From the human T2T-CHM13v2.0 reference genome, Homo sapiens, in the NCBI RefSeq assembly GCF_009914755.1, contig NC_060929.1: a DNA stretch of 64,000 nt. One strand, 5' to 3'. The notes under the pieces are model-generated. The model saw nothing but the letters and a program-made list of their open reading frames with translations, had not been told where the DNA came from and did no database searches. Positions 29,961 to 41,629 of the stretch are shown here, in pieces; position 1 is the stretch's first letter; the number at the start of each line of letters is the position of its first letter. Position numbers and translations under genes: made by a program.

Positions 29961-32880
29961 AGGGGTGATGGTGAGTGGTGCCACTTTCACTTCCACACGT
30001 TGATTCCTGGACCGTGAATCCTGGCTATGACAGAAACTAAAATATATTGGACACTGATTCAGAGCATACATGGTCATTGGATAACTTTGCCTCTGCCCTG
30101 CCAAGTATTGTCACCTAGTTGGCATTATAATTCTGACTTCAAAAAGCCATTCTACCATTGTATCAATCCAGCTGCTTCAGGATGATGGGGAACATGAAAA
30201 GACCAGTGAATTCCATGATCATGAGCCCACTACCGTACTTCTTTAGCCATAAAGTGAGTGTCTTGGTGAGAGGCAATGCTGTGTGGAATACCATGATGGT
30301 GGATAAGGCATTCTGTGAGTCCACGGATGGTAGCCTTGGCAGAAGCATTGCATGCAGGATAGGCAAACCCATATCCGGAGTAAGTGTTTATTCCAGTGAG
30401 GACAAATCTCTTCCCTTTCCACGACAGGAGAGGTCCAATATAATCAACCTGCCACCAGGTAGCTGGCTGATCACCCCGAGGAATGGTGCCATATTGAGGG
30501 ATGGGTGTTGGTTTCTGCTGCTGGCAAATTGGGCTCTCAGCAGTGGCTGTAGCCAGATCAGCCTTGGTGAATGGAAGTCCATGTTGCTGAACCCATGTGT
30601 ATCCTCCATCCCTGCCACCATGGCCACTTTGTTCATGGGCCCATTGGGCGATGACAGGGATGGCTGGGGAAAGAGGCTGAGTGGTGTCACAGAATGAGTC
30701 ATTTTATCCACTTGATTATTAAAATCCTCCTCTGCTGGGGTCACCCACTGGTGAGCACTCAATGGGGTAAAAATATCTTCACAGTTTTTGACTACTCAGA
30801 GAGGTTCATCCACATAATTTTTCCCCAAATTTCTTTGTGACCAATTTTCCAATCATGCTTCTTCCATGTCCTTGACCATCCAGCCAAACCTTTGGCTACA
30901 GCCCATGAATCAGTATATAATTACACATCTGGTCATTTCTCATTCCATGCAAAGTGCACAGTCAGGTGCACTGCTCAAAGTTTTGTCCACTGGGAATATT
31001 TTCCTTCACCACTATCCTTCAGGGATGTCATGGAATAGGTCTGTAGTGCTGCAGCTGTCTACTTTTGGGTGTGCCTGCATATCATGCAGAACTATCTGTG
31101 GCCCTAGTCTTCTCTTGCTCTGTCAACTGATCATAGGCAACTCCACATGAGGCCATTGGTGCAGGCTCGGGGAGGAGGCAGGGCTGCAGGAGTGGAGATT
31201 ATGGACACTTGAGTCACTTCCTCATGTAACTTATTTGTGCCTTCAGGAACTGCTTAAGCCCGATCATGTATATACTTCATTTGATGATGGAATGCTCCTG
31301 TGCACGACCCACTTTATGGCTAGATGGGTCAGAAAGCACCCAGTTTATGATAGGCAATTCAGGTTGCATGGTGACTTAATGACCCATAGTTAAACGTTCA
31401 GTTTCCACCAAAGCCCAGTAACAGGCCAAGAGCTGTCTCTCAAAAGGAGAGTAGCTATCTGCAGAAAATGGCCTTGTTCCCAAATCCTAGAGGCCTCCAC
31501 TTTGATTCACCTATGAGGGCCTGAAAAAGTCTCCAAACAGCATCCCTATCTGCCACTGACACCTTAAGCACCATTGGATATGCTGGGTCATATGGCCTAA
31601 ATGACAGAGCAGCTTGCACAACAGCCTGGACCTGTTGCAGAGCCTTCTCCTGTTCTGGACCCCACTCAAAACTGTCAGCCTCTTGGGTCACTCAATAAAT
31701 GGGCCAGATTAACACACCCAAATTAGGAATATGTTGCCTCCCAAATCCAAATAGGCCCACTAGGCATTGTGCCTTTTTCTTGGTTGTAGGAGGGGCCAAA
31801 CGCAGCAACTTATCCTTCACCTTAGAAGGAATATCTCAACAGTCCCCACACCACTGGACCCCTAGAAATTTTACTGAGGTAGAAGGTCCCTGAATTTTTG
31901 TCCAATTTATTTCCCATCCTCTGGTACTCAAATGTTTCACCAATAAGTCAGTCCAGTGTGTTTGCTATTTCTTTCTCACAGGATCAAATCAGCATAATGC
32001 CATCAATGTAATAGACCAGTGTGATATCTTGCAGAAGCAAAAAGCAATGAATTTCTCTCCAAATAAGATTATGACACAAAGCTGGAGAGTTGGTATACCC
32101 CTGAGGTAGGACAGTAAATGTATATTGCTGGCCTTGCCAGCTGAAGGCAAATTGCTTCTGGTGGGCCTTATGGACAGGAATGGAGAAAAAGGCATTTGCC
32201 AAGTCAATGGCTGCATACCAGGTACCAGGAGATGTGTTAATTTGCTCAAGCAATAAACCACATTTCATACAGCAGCTGGAATTGGAGTCACCACTTGGTC
32301 AAGCTTACAATCCACTGCCATTATCCAAGATTGATCTGTCTTCTGCACGGGCCAAATGGGAGAGTTGAATGGAATGTGGTGGGAATCACTAACCCTGAGT
32401 CTTTCAAGTTCTTGATGGTGGCACTAATCTCCACAATCCCTCCAGGGATACAATATTGTTTTTTATTTACTATTTTCCTAGGTATAGGCAGGTCTAGTGT
32501 CTGCCATTTGGCCTTTCCCACCATAGTTGCCTCAACCTACCGGTCAGGGAGCCAATGTGTGTGTTCTGCCAGCAACTAATTATGTCTATGTTAATTATGC
32601 ATTCTGGCACTGGGGAAGTTACAAAAGGATGAGTCCAGGGACCCATTGGACCTACTGTAAGTCAGACTTGTGCTAAAACTCCATCAATTACCTGACCTCC
32701 ATAAACCCCTACTTTAACTGCAGGACCAGGATGACATTTTGGGTCCCCTGGAATCAATGTCAGCTCAGAGCCAGTGTCCAGGAGTCCCCAAAATATCTGA
32801 TCACATTCCTTTCCTCAGTGCACAGTTACCCTGGTAAAAGGTTGGTGGTATCCTTGGGGAAGGATGGGAGAAAGATTCAC
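29960..32880 (-). pseudogene. HERV-L pro-pol remnant (protease, RT, RNase H, integrase), multiply disrupted
   Basis: Protease GLLDTGSELTLIPGDP (~32740-32790); RT WYAAIDLANAFFSIP...FTVLPQGY...YYIDGIML; FEWGPEQEKALQQVQ; RNase H SAHQ...EEDFNNQVDK; integrase fragments 30000-30600; broken into many short ORFs. Confidence 0.93.
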
Positions 32881-34219
32881 TACATAACTTTTCAGTAATG
32901 TAATGGGGTTCTTTCTGAAGGGGACACAGCCTCCCCTTCATTCAAAGGGTTCTGGGTCTGTAAACTGGCTCAAGTCTGGAAATAGACTGTGGGTGCATGA
33001 TTCTCTGTTTTTATACTTCAAATTAGTCTTTTGCCCGTTCAACCTAGAAGTTTTCTGCTTATATAAATTAAGTAAGAATGCAGTAGACTTCCTATCAATT
33101 TCACTTCTAGGAACACCGTGATTAATTAGCCAGTGCCAGAACTCTACAAGAGTCAGTTTATTCTGATTGCCACTTTGCCTATTCTGTCCATGATGGCAGC
33201 TACACCCACCTTGCTTTTGACAGTTGAGTGGTGTCATTGGCCCCTGCCACCTCCAGGTCCAATAATTCCCATTGTCTTTAAATTTTGCAGTTGAGTGACT
33301 GCAGTTCCCACTGTTAGATCTGTCATACAGAGAAGAGCAATTACAAGGCTCTTCAAAGATGCAGTTGCTGCCCTTGCAAATCTATTTCTCAAGGCATTGG
33401 CCAAAGGTATATCTTCTGGACCCCTCCATATGGGATGAGTAGGTTTAAAGTGACTAATCCACTCCACCCTCCCAATCTCCCTAAGCCTTTGGATCCCTTT
33501 CTTTACATTAAACCAAGGGAGATCAGGCATTTCCAACTCTTTCACAGTAGGCCATCTTTTAATCCATATTTCAGCTAACCAAGCAAATAAACTATCAGAA
33601 CATTTTTAAACTCCCTGAGCTGCAACATTAAATGCAGAGTCCCTACTTAGTGGGCCCAAATCAATAAATTCAGCCTGATCCAACTCTAAGTTCCTTCTAC
33701 CATTATCCCACACCCTTAATATGCATTCCCATGCTTGTTCTCCAAATTTCTGTTTCTATAAATTAGAAAGCTCAAGCAGTTCTTTTCGAGTGTCATGCAC
33801 CTCCTCATGGATCACACTCTCAATATCACCTCTAGGGACCTGCCAGGGCTTTAGTCTAGTTATAGGTTTAGAAGTAAACAGGGGTGTAGTGGGTGGCTCC
33901 TGAGGAGAATCAACATTATTTTGCCTGGTATCTGCCTCAGGGGAGGCCATCACTGTTCCCTCAGACAGCACAGGGTTTATCTCTTCAGACAAAAGTGGAA
34001 AGGCTGATGGCAGGATGGGTCAGGGAGGAGATGTTGTCACTAATGGAAATGGGGAAGCTGCTCCTTCTGGCAAAAAAGATTCATCAAGGTTTACAAACTC
34101 AGTGTCCCCAGCTTCATCAGGGTCCTCCCACACGTCCCCATTCCAAGTTGCAAGGTCCCATTCTTTTCCAGTCAATACCCTCACTTTAACACTAGACACC
34201 TAATGAGGCTGTGCATGCA

Positions 34220-34263
<44 letters not shown>

Positions 34264-34700
34264 AGATCAGCCACTCTCACGATAAGAGCTTGTGTCTGAT
34301 TTTCCACAATTTCAGCTCTTTCTCTATAGGAGATAAGACTCCACTCAGGGCAATCTTAGCAGATGGGAGGCCCAGTATCTGCTTCTGAAGCTGGGAGACA
34401 GAATCCTTGAATTCATCATTTTCTTTCATCACTTTGTCCACTGAACTTAGGAGCAACCAACCAGCTTCATTATGTCCCTTGATTCTTCACATATGGTCAA
34501 AGATATTATGTACAGAGTCACTAAACTCCTTGCCTCTCATGAGTGGTGAATCAACATTGTCAAATGCATTTATTTTGCATAACTCTCTGAACAGTTCATG
34601 CCAAACTATCAGTGTTCTCCCTACTATTAGAAGTAGAGTCCTTAGCATTTTGGGGCCTAATCATATTAAGCAGCCAACTCCAAAAACACCCAAACCAACT
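32880..34700 (-). pseudogene. HERV-L gag remnant
   Basis: ELEMPDLPWFNVKKGIQRLREIGRVEWISH (ORF 33234-33545); WHWLINHGVPRSEIDRK (ORF 32938-33237); stops, frameshifts and a 40-nt homopolymer interrupt it. Confidence 0.9.
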
Positions 34701-34737
34701 AAAGAACTCTATCTTTAATATTCTGTTCCTCTAGAAC

Positions 34738-34752
34738 CACTCCTGGTACCAA
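34738..34752 (-). other. Primer-binding site of the provirus (tRNA-Leu type, as typical for ERVL)
   Basis: Minus strand reads GATTTTGGTACCAGGAGTGG immediately after the 5' LTR; TGG complements the tRNA CCA end. tRNA identity is from family knowledge. Confidence 0.75.
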
Positions 34753-34756
34753 AATC

Positions 34757-35197
34757 TGTATTAGTCAGCGTTCCCTAGAGAGACAGAACTAATAGGATAG
34801 ATATATACATGTAAAGGGGAGTTTATTAAGTTTTAACTTGCGTGATCACAAGATACCACATTAGGATCTCTGCAATCTTGACGAGCAAGGAAAGCCAGTC
34901 TGAGTCTCAAAACTGAAGAACTTGGAGTCTAATGTTTGAGGCCAGGAAGCATCCAGCATGGGAGAAAGGTGTGGACTGGGAGGCTAGGCCAGTTTTACCT
35001 TTTCATATTTTTCTGCCTGCTTTATATTCGCTGGCAGCTGATTAGATTATACCCATGAGATTAAGGGTGGGTCAGCCTTCCCCAGCCCCCTGACTCAAAT
35101 GTTAATCTCCTTTGGCAACACCCTCACAGACACACGCAGGATTAATACTTTGCATACTTGAATCCAATCAACTTGGCACTCAGCATTAACTATCACA
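34757..35197 (-). mobile_element. 5' LTR (MLT2A1-type) of the HERV-L provirus
   Basis: TGTATTAGTCAG...TTAACTATCACA; colinear with 28646-29085. Confidence 0.95.
35039..35049 (-). promoter_or_regulatory. Perfect DUX4 consensus motif (TAATCTAATCA) in the 5' LTR
   Basis: Plus strand TGATTAGATTA is the reverse complement of TAATCTAATCA, matching TAAYYYAATCA. Motif only; binding not shown. Confidence 0.65.
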
Positions 35198-35493
35198 GGA
35201 CCTGTTGATGTGCTGACCAGCTGGAGTATTCCCTGCTTCACTTGCCCCTTCCTGGAGTGCCAGTTAACCAGATCAGTCCCTAGCCCACTGGGTTTGTTCT
35301 TCTCACGTTCATTCATGTCTCTTGTTTCCATTGCTGAACCAAGACCCATCTGCTGTGTGTTGCAATAGAGTATCATCATCTCCATACATCACTGCACTTG
35401 CATGAGGGACTTGGAGCCACTCAGGATGTGGTCAGGTCTCCTTACCGGCAAGTGTTTGCAGCAAGATTTGAATAATAACATCTGGAGCTTGAA

Positions 35494-35570
35494 GATCAAG
35501 AATGTCCTTGACGATGCTGATCCCTGGCTATGGATCAGGAATGTCCTTGAAGATGCTGATCCCTGGCTAT
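35494..35570. repeat. 39-bp tandem duplication
   Basis: GATCA(A/G)GAATGTCCTTGA(C/A)GATGCTGATCCCTGGCTAT twice. Confidence 0.92.
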
Positions 35571-35657
35571 TCCATGATTTGGGAAGCACAGGAAGAACTC
35601 AAGTAGACATTACTCTGGATTTCCTTATTCTCATATCTCCTTTTAATGCATAAGGTT

Positions 35658-36017
35658 TGCTCTAGACTTTATGTTTGTGTCCTCTTAAAATTCATGTGTT
35701 GAAGTCATCACCCACGATGTGATGGTATCAAGGAGGTGGGCATTTGGTAGGAGATTAGGTCATGAGAGTGGAACCCTCAGGAATGGGATGGGTGCTGTTA
35801 TCAAAGAGACTCAGAGAGCTCTCCTGCCCCTCCCACCACGGGAGGACACAGTGAGGAGGTGCCCTCTGTGAACCAGGATACGGGGCCTCACTAGACACAG
35901 AATCTGTCAGTGCCTTGCTCTTGAATGTCCCAGCCTCCAGAACTGTGATGATTATGTTACTGTTATTCACATTACCATCTACGGTATTCTGTCACAGCAG
36001 CTCAAATAGATAGACGG
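35658..36017 (+). mobile_element. MLT1A-type MaLR solo LTR
   Basis: TGTTTGTGTCCTCTTAAAATTCATGTGTTGAA...GATTAGGTCATGAGAGTGGAACCCTC...CCAGCCTCCAGAACTGTGA...GGTATTCTGTCACAGCAGC. Confidence 0.85.
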
Positions 36018-36456
36018 CATTACGGGCAAGAATATTATTTTCAGGCCCCTTCCTTCTTCTTCCTATTCTTACAGCATTTCTTTTCTTTAGGATATTTAAC
36101 ATTTCCAAACGTTAGATGATCTCAGAGACTTACAAATGTGATACAAATTGGAACCTTCTATACGCATTTTAGCAAAATAAACACTATTTTGAAATACCTG
36201 AAATTGCATATAAGTTTTATATATTTGGAACACACACACACACACATTCTCTCTCTCTCTCATCTCAAAGTTTGCTACGATAGAGCACTAAGCAGCTGTT
36301 TGTCTTTGGTGAGTGTCTTACCTTTGAGTGAGTGTCTTACCTTTGACATGCCATGTTTGTTTCCCAGGTGTGAAATGGTGATAAGAATAGTATTTGTCAA
36401 TGAATACTTACCATGTTGTCTGTCACATGTCCTTTTTTTATTTAAAAACTTTTGTT

Positions 36457-36564
36457 GCACCTATCAACCACCATGGCACATGTATACCTATGTAACAAAC
36501 CTGCTCATTCTGCACATTTATCTCGGAACTTAAAGTAAAATACAAAATGAAAAATAAAATAAAT
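36457..36564 (+). mobile_element. Very short L1PA 3' tail
   Basis: CCACCATGGCACATGTATACCTATGTAACAAACCTGC..ACTTAAAGTAAAAT plus A-rich tail. Confidence 0.88.
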
Positions 36565-36928
36565 CTTAAACATTTGGTTGTAACTATTACAACTTTAGAT
36601 ATTTGCATCACTATTTCTGTTTCTGAAACAAGTCACTAAACAATCAAAGACTTCATACAGGTTGATGCATTATCTTTAATGCAATAAAGTTATTTCCGTC
36701 AGATATTCAACCTAATTTGAACTTGGTAATCGTATAACCCCCTGGTCTTGGAATCATTAAGATTGGACAGATAAGGCTTTCCATTGGATCCCTCTACTCT
36801 TGCAGTCTCTTTCTATTACATAAGACACTTTTAACATCAAATGTATACATTGCACGAAAACAAAAAATAAAATCTCAAAGCACTCATAATAAGCTGTGTA
36901 TTATTATTGTTTCATTAAAACTAAATTC

Positions 36929-37241
36929 ATCAGGCACGGTGGCTCATGCCTGTAATCTCAGCACTTTGGAAGGCTGAAGCAAGTGGATCTTTTGAGCTCA
37001 GGAGTTCAAGACCAGCCTGGAAGATAGCGAGACCCCATCACTACTAAAAATACAAAAAAAACAAAAATAGCTGGGCATGGTGGTGCACACCTGTGGTTCT
37101 AGCTGCTCAGGAGGCTGAGGTGGGAGGATCACTTTAGCTCAGGAGGGCAGAGGTTGCAGTGAGCTGAGATGGCACCCCTGCACTCCAATCTGGAGGACAG
37201 AGCGAGACACTGTCTCAAAACAAACAAACAAACAAACAAAC
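36929..37241 (+). mobile_element. AluJ with (CAAA)n tail
   Basis: J-type features TTGAGCTCAGGAGTTCAAG and GAGGTGGGAGGATCACTT. Confidence 0.93.
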
Positions 37242-37324
37242 ATCTATAAATTCTGTTACAAATTATTTCTAATCACTTTTAAATTGATGATTCATGTGAG
37301 TACATATATCACAGGAAATATTAT

Positions 37325-37402
37325 TTAGGTTGAACCACATAAAATTGCCTTTTGAACGTCAAAAATGCTCAAATATTTGCGATTTCATATGGTCTAACCT
37401 AA
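37325..37402. mobile_element. MADE2 mariner (Hsmar2-derived) MITE
   Basis: ~80-bp near-palindrome with terminal inverted repeats TTAGGTTGAACCACATAAAATTGC / GCGATTTCATATGGTCTAACCTAA. Confidence 0.85.
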
Positions 37403-38764
37403 AATTTAATTTTGAAGGTACAGATAAATCTTTTTAAAATTTAATATTCTAAATATACAAAATATATGTTTTACAGACAGTTTAAAAATGATTGTGTTCT
37501 AAATGAGCTGCACACAATTCCACCATATATACATTATCATTGTGAATTGAGCAGCTCCCTCGTTTAGGGACTGAATGAAATATTTATGGTGGACCAAATA
37601 AAAAGCCTTGTAATGGCAAATTCCTATATCTGGGGACATAGCTGTCACTGTGGGCACCAGTGAAATAGCTCTGGCCTAATTTCATCTGACTTTGGATGTG
37701 TGCAAATCACAGGAAAATGTGAACTGACTACAGCCTGAGAAAATCAGCAAAGACAGAAAATCATTGCAAATCAGAACCTTATCAATATTTCACTAGACTA
37801 AGACTAGACATCTTACTCCTCCAGAAGCAGAAAGCTGTTTTCCTGAAACCTTAACACTGGGATATAAAAGTTCACCACAACACTCTTTTATGCCAAGAAT
37901 TCAAATTAGACCTCAGAATCCACTGTTTATGTATATCTATGTCACATGAAATTAAAATTTGCAGGTCTACATTTAGTGTCCTTGGATAACAGAAATATTC
38001 GTAGGGTTTATTCTAATTTGAAAACCATTCCGTCCATGCATTTCTCTTTGTCTACAGTTTTTTAATAGAGAGCTGCATTGGAATCTATTTGGAAATTATT
38101 CTTACCAGCATGACTATGACCTTGAATCAAGAGATCAGCTCCATGATAACTTCATGGTTCTTTCTGATACCGAAAGGAAAAGAGTGCCCTTTTATGGCTC
38201 ACTACACTTCTTCCTGACATCCCTAGTGTGACAGCTTGGAAGTTTGGGGATTTTAAAAAAATGTTCCAGTCACTTAAAAACAAAACAAACAAAACACATA
38301 AACAGGAAACGACCTCCAACCTAGTCCCAAAATAGAGTGGATTCTTAGTTTGATCACCGTGGAGTTTTCTCCAAGAAATATACTCAACCGCGTAGAACTT
38401 TGGAGATACAATTCTTTGTTCTGTGATACATTTCTTTTAGAAAGAGGCAAATAAAGCAAGAAAAATAAACAAAACACACCAATTAAGGTTCAACTTAATA
38501 CTTCACATAAACTCAGAGAACATTGATAAATTTAGCCATTTGCTGGGTTTGGAAGGCTTATGTTTTGGTTTGTCATTTGAGTTTTTGCCTTAAGGTAGGA
38601 AAAATGTGCTTCCAGTGTTTATAAAAGTAGGAACTCTGCAGGGAAAAATGTTTTAGATATGTTAGAGCTTTTGTCAAAATTAAAATGTCCAGGTCAGAAA
38701 ACGGTGGCCAATTTAGATAACTTAAAGATGTAAAAAATCGTAATTACCTATGAGACGGGATCTT

Positions 38765-39037
38765 ATGCACACACACATGCAAACACATGCATGCACACAC
38801 ACATGCACACATACACATGCATGCATGCACACACATGCACACATACACACGTGCATATATACACACATGCACACACACATGCATACATACACATGCATGC
38901 ACACATACACATACACGCACACGCACATACACAAGTACATGAACATACACATACACACATGCAGTCACACATGCACACACACCTGCACGCATGCACACAC
39001 ACCTGCATACATACACACATGCATGCACGCACACACA
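38765..39037. repeat. Degenerate (CA)n/(CACATG)n alternating purine-pyrimidine tract
   Basis: Directly visible; gives the HT/CV-rich spurious ORFs. Confidence 0.95.
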
Positions 39038-40059
39038 ATTGGCTTCTTTCTCCCAGCACACTAAAGCTCCATTAGTTTTTCAAAAAACATCCCCCTTGTC
39101 TCAGATTCTGCCTAATGGCCAATTTCTCCCTTGCCACTTATTTCTATTCCGGTCCCCCAGAGAATGCATTCAGAATTAGTGCTTCTCCTACATCAGTTCC
39201 CAATCATTCCATGGAGCTCACCACTCAACTGGGAGGGCTCTAGCTGAGAGTAGTGTCTCATTTTTCCCAAATTTCAGAGTCACTTTTAGCCCTTCCCTTA
39301 CTAAACACCATTCTACTCCCTCATTTCGTGTCTTTTCTCATCCTTCTTTTGATGAAATGCTCACATTCCATGGCTCCACACCCACTCCTCTCCACATCCC
39401 AGGACTCTCCAGGGATGTCCCTGCACTCATGGCCTTGGTCCTCTGGAGGCCTTCTGGCCCCCATCGCCCTCAGGCCTTCATGGTCCTCTCCACTGTCTTC
39501 CTGTACAGGCTCTCTCTGCAGAGCGCCTCCTCATCCACCGCTTCTCCCATCACAGTCAGGCTCCTTATTTGCCACTCTGTATTTTTCGCCCCATCTGCCT
39601 CCTGTGGCTGATGAGTCGTGCATGTAGATTCCTGACAGTCGGTATGCCAGACATGAACTCTGTCAGTTAGATATTGCATCCACCTCTTTCCCCAAGACCA
39701 GATAGAACTTGAGGAGCACCAAATAAAAATGCAGGCTCTTTTGATAAAAAAAAAGAATTTCAAAAGGTTCACAGTAAAGCAAATCCAAGCATAGGGCATG
39801 GGTGAGATGCAGTTCCTGGTCTCTGTGCTGGATGGAGCCACAATTTGGTTCCAAGTAACTGAATAAGTATCTGGGAACTCCATATCAAAACTCTAATTAA
39901 TAGTGTATATTATTAAATATGCAAATATTAAATGTTTAAACACTGAGTGCTTAAAACTAATGCAGAGGCTACTGCCCTAGAAAATCATGTGCACCCTCTT
40001 TAAGATTTACGCTCTTCTCCCCTCCCCGTCATCAGACCAATAACAAGAGTTGTCAGTGC

Positions 40060-41360
40060 CTTCTGCCCAGAGAACTACTCAGCCTGCAAGGAAGCTACAG
40101 GTCTTGGAAAATACGTAGCAGCAGGATGCAGGGAACTAGGTGTGGGACTGTGTCCTCAGGGTTCCATAAAAGAGGACAGAATATAAAGGTAGATTAGCGT
40201 TTATTAGATCTTTCCCACATGGGAGTCACTCATCACACAGGAATTAAAATTCTGGCAAGGCGCTGCTAAATTGGCTCTTGGGAGGAAGCAGTGACCCACA
40301 CTGGCAGAGTGGAAATGCTAAACCTGCCATGGAAAATGATGGAGTGGTGGAGGAAGAAACCTCCAGTCCTGGGAAAGGGGGCTGGCTAGGACAGAGTGCT
40401 CTGGGAGTGTTTGGAAGATGTTCTATGTCCTGAAATGTCAAGAAATAGACTTTTAGAAAGGCATGGCAGTGTCACAACCCTCAGTGATACCCGTGTACTG
40501 AAGGCAGGATCTCAAAGTAGAAAATGCTGTCTGAAATGGGACTTCCTGATAGTGGTGGTGTGGAGAAGGGACTCTTGAAACAACAGGAGCCAAGTCCACT
40601 GCCAACCCCTGGTCTGCAGGAGAAAGGCTGGCACGGTGACTGGAACACGTGTCCACCATGAACCTGCCTCCCAGGATCCTGAGCACAGTGTTCCCAGAAG
40701 CCAAGAAAACAGACAATCAACATGGATAGTATCCAATCTCTATCACCAAAAAATTACAAAGTGAAAGGTCAGGGGGCTGAGGACAGCCACGCCAACAGGA
40801 AGTCTTGATGACCCCTGGCCCATGTCTCAGACCTGAGCAGCCATCACTGTCCTCATCTACCAGCTGGAGGAAAGGCCAGAGCCCCATGAGGAAGGACAAA
40901 GGTGGAGTCCTGGGGACCAAAGACAGGCGTCACAAGTCTCCTCTCACTGTACTTCCTCCGGGAGCTGTGTTTCTCTCCATCTGCTGTCCCTGGAGGCTCT
41001 GTGGATCTAGTGGTGACGGTTCCCAAAGGGGAATGATTTCTACCAGGGGACCCAGGGGGAAAGCTGCTAAGTTGGAAGTCCTGGCTGTCTTTTCCGTCAC
41101 TTCAGATTCCTTGCACGGATGGACAACAGGGAAGGGAAGGCTTACTGTCCACAAAGAGGTAAGGCTATTTCTGAATAACAGGTGCTGGGAAATGTGTTTG
41201 GTACGAAGGTGACCCACTGTGTACCCCCTACTGCCCTCCTGCTCTGCCCTGACAGTAAGTGGACAAGTACAGCATCCATAGCCTAAGAAGGACGTGGTGC
41301 CAGCAGAGGTACTGTCAACGTGGGAGGAATTTAGAATGAACAGTGCACAGACAGAGATGA
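40060..41360 (+). mobile_element. Ancient ERVL-lineage internal sequence (ERV3-16A3/ERVL-E-like), gag relic at ~40070-40360
   Basis: GTGTGGGACTGTGTCCTCAGGGT..AGGACAGAATATAAAGGTAGAT..CTGCTAAATTGGCTCTTGG..GACCCACACTGGCAGAGTGGAAATGCTAAACCTGCCATGG parallels the HERV-L gag segment WEWILRV..GRNIKLD..WL..WPT..EMPDLPW; downstream part less certain. Confidence 0.6.
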
Positions 41361-41364
41361 GCCC

Positions 41365-41537
41365 ACTTGCCACCTGGGCAACAGCTGTGATGGCAGAGGC
41401 TATATGCATCCCACTAACCTTCCCTCATTCAGTTCTCGCCTCATATAGATGCTGCTCCTCAGAGCACTCCCTCATAAACAGCCTGAATCTGTGTCTCAGT
41501 CTCAGTGGTTGTTTCCCTTGCGACCTGACCTTTGACA
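41365..41537 (+). mobile_element. LTR16/LTR33-like ERVL LTR, 3' part
   Basis: GAGCACTCCCTCATAAAC...TCTCAGTCTCAGTGGTTGTTTCCC...ACCTGACCTTTGACA end. Confidence 0.6.
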
Positions 41538-41629
41538 CTTTCTTCCAGACCAATAACTACATCCATATCACCACAAAGGGGTGCAAGATATTCTCTTTTT
41601 TTTTTTTTTTTCTGCTCTGGAAAGATAAA

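Larger units (their letters stand above)
28646..35197 (-). mobile_element. Full-length HERV-L (ERVL) provirus with two MLT2A1-type LTRs
   Basis: Two homologous ~440-bp LTRs with TG...CA ends, 5-bp TSD GGACC at 28641-28645 and 35198-35202, and gag, pro-pol and dUTPase remnants in ERVL order with no env. Confidence 0.97.

Noticed and set aside
30158-30697. 179-aa plus-strand ORF
   Set aside because: It is antisense to HERV-L integrase, a shadow frame with a non-ATG start.
38722-39179. His/Thr- and Cys/Val-rich ORFs (also 52162-52477)
   Set aside because: These are translations of dinucleotide-type repeats.
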